Shown: piece after piece, positions 26,120 through 28,242 of the stretch
How the letters are laid out: each line of letters opens with the position of its first letter
Position numbering within the stretch: the first letter of the stretch is position 1
Assembly (NCBI GenBank): GCA_964487115.1
Contig: CAZAPD010000084.1
Coordinates: 1 to 28,242 of the forward strand
DNA length: 28,242 nucleotides
Reading direction: 5' to 3'
Origin: an uncultured Thermococci archaeon
GTDB lineage: Archaea; Methanobacteriota_B; Thermococci; Thermococcales; Thermococcaceae
Position numbers and translations under genes: made by a program
Notes under the pieces: generated by a model
Seen by the model: the letters and a program-made list of their open reading frames with translations, nothing else
Told to the model about the DNA's origin: nothing
Database searches by the model: none

Positions 26120-28058
26120 ATTCCAGGCTGAAATCGAGCTTCCCTTCGATAGGGAACAGCATTGTATAACTAACACCCTGCTGTATGAAGTCCCATCCAG
26201 CCTCGCTCTGGGAGAGTGTCTTTATTGGAAACTTCCAGACTCTCGCTTCTTTGCTCAGCTCAATCTCGATTTCCCCAATGCCATAGGGATCGCTAACCTT
26301 GATAGTTTTTGCCTTAAACTCACCCGGACTTTCCATAACACTATGCACAGCCAGATTTATCTCCACCCCAAAGAGCGCTCTTCTCGGACTCTCAACCCTG
26401 TAGGTCACCTCAAATCCATTCTTCTGAAGTCTGAAGTCCTTCTCAACTTTAGCCGGCTTCGAGTCCACCAAACCGTTACGCCATAACCTCAACCTTTCAC
26501 CGAATTCAAACTGATAGGGCTGGTTTATGAAGTCCCCAAGCTCGTTATAGTGCACTAAGCGATAGTCATCAAGCTTTGTGTCTGTACTCAGAAAGTGGTC
26601 CTGAAGAATCGCTCTTAACTGCCAGTCGTATGCCAGTTCGCGTTTTATCTCCTCGGGTATCTGCTTTCCGACTTCATGAATGCTCGCAACTCCTTCCGTA
26701 GATTTTCCCTCATGAGTGGCACTGCCGACATCATGGTAATGTTCCCATCTTCTCGCAAGGACGTTGTTGTAGTTCACGGCCCTTTTTTTGGAACTGAACT
26801 CAAACAATGCCCCACCATAGGAAGGCTTAAAAACAGCGTAGAAACTTTCATTCTCAAAAAATATCTCTTCCCTACCATCAAAATCGATATCTCTGACAAA
26901 GCTTCCACTGGAAATGAAGCTGTTGGCTTTTATGATGTTCTCCCACACTGTACTGCGGAGATGGGGGAGATAGACCCCACCAAAGACGCCGTGCCAGTAA
27001 GCATCATTACACTGTGCCCTAAATAAGAACCGTCTTGCCTCTGGAACATCCCTCACAAGCTTGCTCACCATCAGCATCCTCTTGTGCATGTAGTTGCTTT
27101 CCGGATACTTGAAGAAAAAGTTCTTCCATATACCTCCGCGTACAAAGACGCGGTATTTCTCAAAGTCCCCTTGATTCTTCAGCTTTTCCACAAACTCGAC
27201 AAACAGCTTCGCCTGTCTGGCCGGCAGCGACCACTCGCTCATCTCGAAGTAGGAGGCTATGGGCAGGTAAACCAGACCTTTAGGCTTGAATTTCGATAGA
27301 TACTCATTGTAGGTCATGATGCTGATTCTTTCATTGCTCGTCACAGCCTCAAAGAACCTCCTAAGCCACCCTTTCTCATAGACCCATTTATATGTTCCGG
27401 GCCAGACACCGAATTTTTCACCATCATCATGAAAGACAGCAAGCTTTGAGGGGTCTTCATCCGTGAGGCTCTCCAGATATTCAACGGTCTTTTCCACAGG
27501 CCTGAATGGTATTAAATAGCGGAGCTTCTCATCTATCGGAAATACTGCTATAACCTCCCCTCCATCCTCGGTATAATACGGCCAGAAGAGCTCTTCCTTG
27601 CTGAGGCCGGCGCTCATGAAGTGGTAGTCATCAACGATGACATAGTCTATTCCAGCCTGACGGAGACTCTTCACAAGTTCAGGTTGCCAGACACGCTCAG
27701 TAAGCCATACGCCTTTTGCCTCATAGCCAAGTTTTTTGGCAAATTCTTTTAAGAGTTTAATCTGTTCTATCCTATCCTCCTTAGGTATGGCAGCAAGAAC
27801 AGGCTCATAAAAACCAGCAACAACAATCTCCAGCTGTCCTTTTCTAACGAGAGAGCGCAGAAGATCAATATATTCCGGCTTATTCTCATCCAGCCATTCA
27901 AGAAGGGGACCGCTTATATGAACAGATACCTTCATATCAGAGTATTCCTCAAGAATTTCCATAAATGGACGATATGAATGTTCATATGCACTCTCGAATA
28001 CCCATCCGAAATTCCCAAGCGGCTGATGATTATGAATGCCAAAGATGAAATTTACCAT
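26106..28058 (-). CDS. GH57 4-alpha-glucanotransferase / alpha-amylase
   Basis: HNHQP, WLTERVW (nucleophile Glu), HDDGEKFG (acid/base Asp), AQCNDAYWHG. True start MVNF at 28058 after GGAGGTG. Confidence 0.95.
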   Translation of the reverse strand: MVNFIFGIHNHQPLGNFGWVFESAYEHSYRPFMEILEEYSDMKVSVHISGPLLEWLDENKPEYIDLLRSLVRKGQLEIVVAGFYEPVLAAIPKEDRIEQIKLLKEFAKKLGYEAKGVWLTERVWQPELVKSLRQAGIDYVIVDDYHFMSAGLSKEELFWPYYTEDGGEVIAVFPIDEKLRYLIPFRPVEKTVEYLESLTDEDPSKLAVFHDDGEKFGVWPGTYKWVYEKGWLRRFFEAVTSNERISIMTYNEYLSKFKPKGLVYLPIASYFEMSEWSLPARQAKLFVEFVEKLKNQGDFEKYRVFVRGGIWKNFFFKYPESNYMHKRMLMVSKLVRDVPEARRFLFRAQCNDAYWHGVFGGVYLPHLRSTVWENIIKANSFISSGSFVRDIDFDGREEIFFENESFYAVFKPSYGGALFEFSSKKRAVNYNNVLARRWEHYHDVGSATHEGKSTEGVASIHEVGKQIPEEIKRELAYDWQLRAILQDHFLSTDTKLDDYRLVHYNELGDFINQPYQFEFGERLRLWRNGLVDSKPAKVEKDFRLQKNGFEVTYRVESPRRALFGVEINLAVHSVMESPGEFKAKTIKVSDPYGIGEIEIELSKEARVWKFPIKTLSQSEAGWDFIQQGVSYTMLFPIEGKLDFSLEFKET

Positions 28059-28078
28059 CGAGACACCTCCACCAATAT

Positions 28079-28095
28079 TATCACTATGAGTGATA
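28079..28095. promoter_or_regulatory. Thermococcales glycolytic motif (TGM), Tgr/TrmBL1 operator
   Basis: Perfect TATCAC-N5-GTGATA (TATCAC TATGA GTGATA) between the TATA box and start of the GH57 gene. Confidence 0.9.
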
Positions 28096-28128
28096 TTTAA
28101 AAAGGTATATAAATATTTTATGCACATA

Positions 28129-28165
28129 TATCAACAAGGGTGAATAGGTATCACCCGAGGTGAAT
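28129..28165. promoter_or_regulatory. Two degenerate TGM-like sites before the divergent secreted-protein gene
   Basis: TATCAA-CAAGG-GTGAAT (28129-28145) and TATCAC-CCGAG-GTGAAT (28149-28165); the latter overlaps the GAGGTGA RBS. Confidence 0.6.
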
Positions 28166-28169
28166 AAAA

Positions 28170-28242
28170 ATGAAGAAAGGTATAGTGCTATTTTTAGTAG
28201 CCATTATGAGTTTTAGTGTGGCACCTGCGATAAAGCTTGTAA
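28170..28242 (+). CDS. Partial gene (5' end) for a secreted protein
   Basis: GAGGTGA RBS followed by ATG 28170; MKKGIVLFLVAIMSFSVAPAIKLV... looks like a signal peptide; runs off the window. Confidence 0.7.
   Translation, partial: MKKGIVLFLVAIMSFSVAPAIKLV

Noticed and set aside
28059..28127. N-terminal extension of the GH57 ORF in the track (MCIKYLYTF...)
   Set aside because: It spans the TATA box, TGM and RBS; the real start is ATG 28058.
1..28242. CRISPR arrays, tRNA/rRNA genes, inteins
   Set aside because: No regularly spaced repeats or cloverleaf-like GC-rich segments were found by eye, and protein lengths fit intein-free family members.

Overview
Archaeal chromosomal DNA, most likely Thermococcales (GGTGA/GGAGGTG ribosome-binding sites, BRE-TATA promoters, a perfect TGM operator, family-typical proteins). 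The backbone carries tRNA and translation genes (elp3, alaS, hisS, ttuA), a Nif3 protein, an alanine/glycine symporter with a PLP amino-acid racemase, MarC, a CBS protein with two tandem CPA2 antiporters, an FAD oxidoreductase and a GH57 4-alpha-glucanotransferase. Between the FAD oxidoreductase and ttuA lies an AT-richer block of about 7.5 kb (17551-25002). It encodes a rearranged acetoin/2-oxoacid dehydrogenase: a free lipoyl domain, E1alpha, E1beta, and an E2 that lacks a lipoyl domain and has an acidic subunit-binding domain. No E3 is encoded there; instead it has an OsmC-family protein, a Bat-type HTH regulator and a DctPQM TRAP transporter. This block is the best candidate for an undescribed system. 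Elements absent from the ORF track include a box C/D guide sRNA (7505-7560, minus), a 38-aa basic ORF (10877-10993), a 42-bp identical tract shared by the two antiporter paralogs, and partial genes at both edges. All family assignments come from motif recognition, not database searches.
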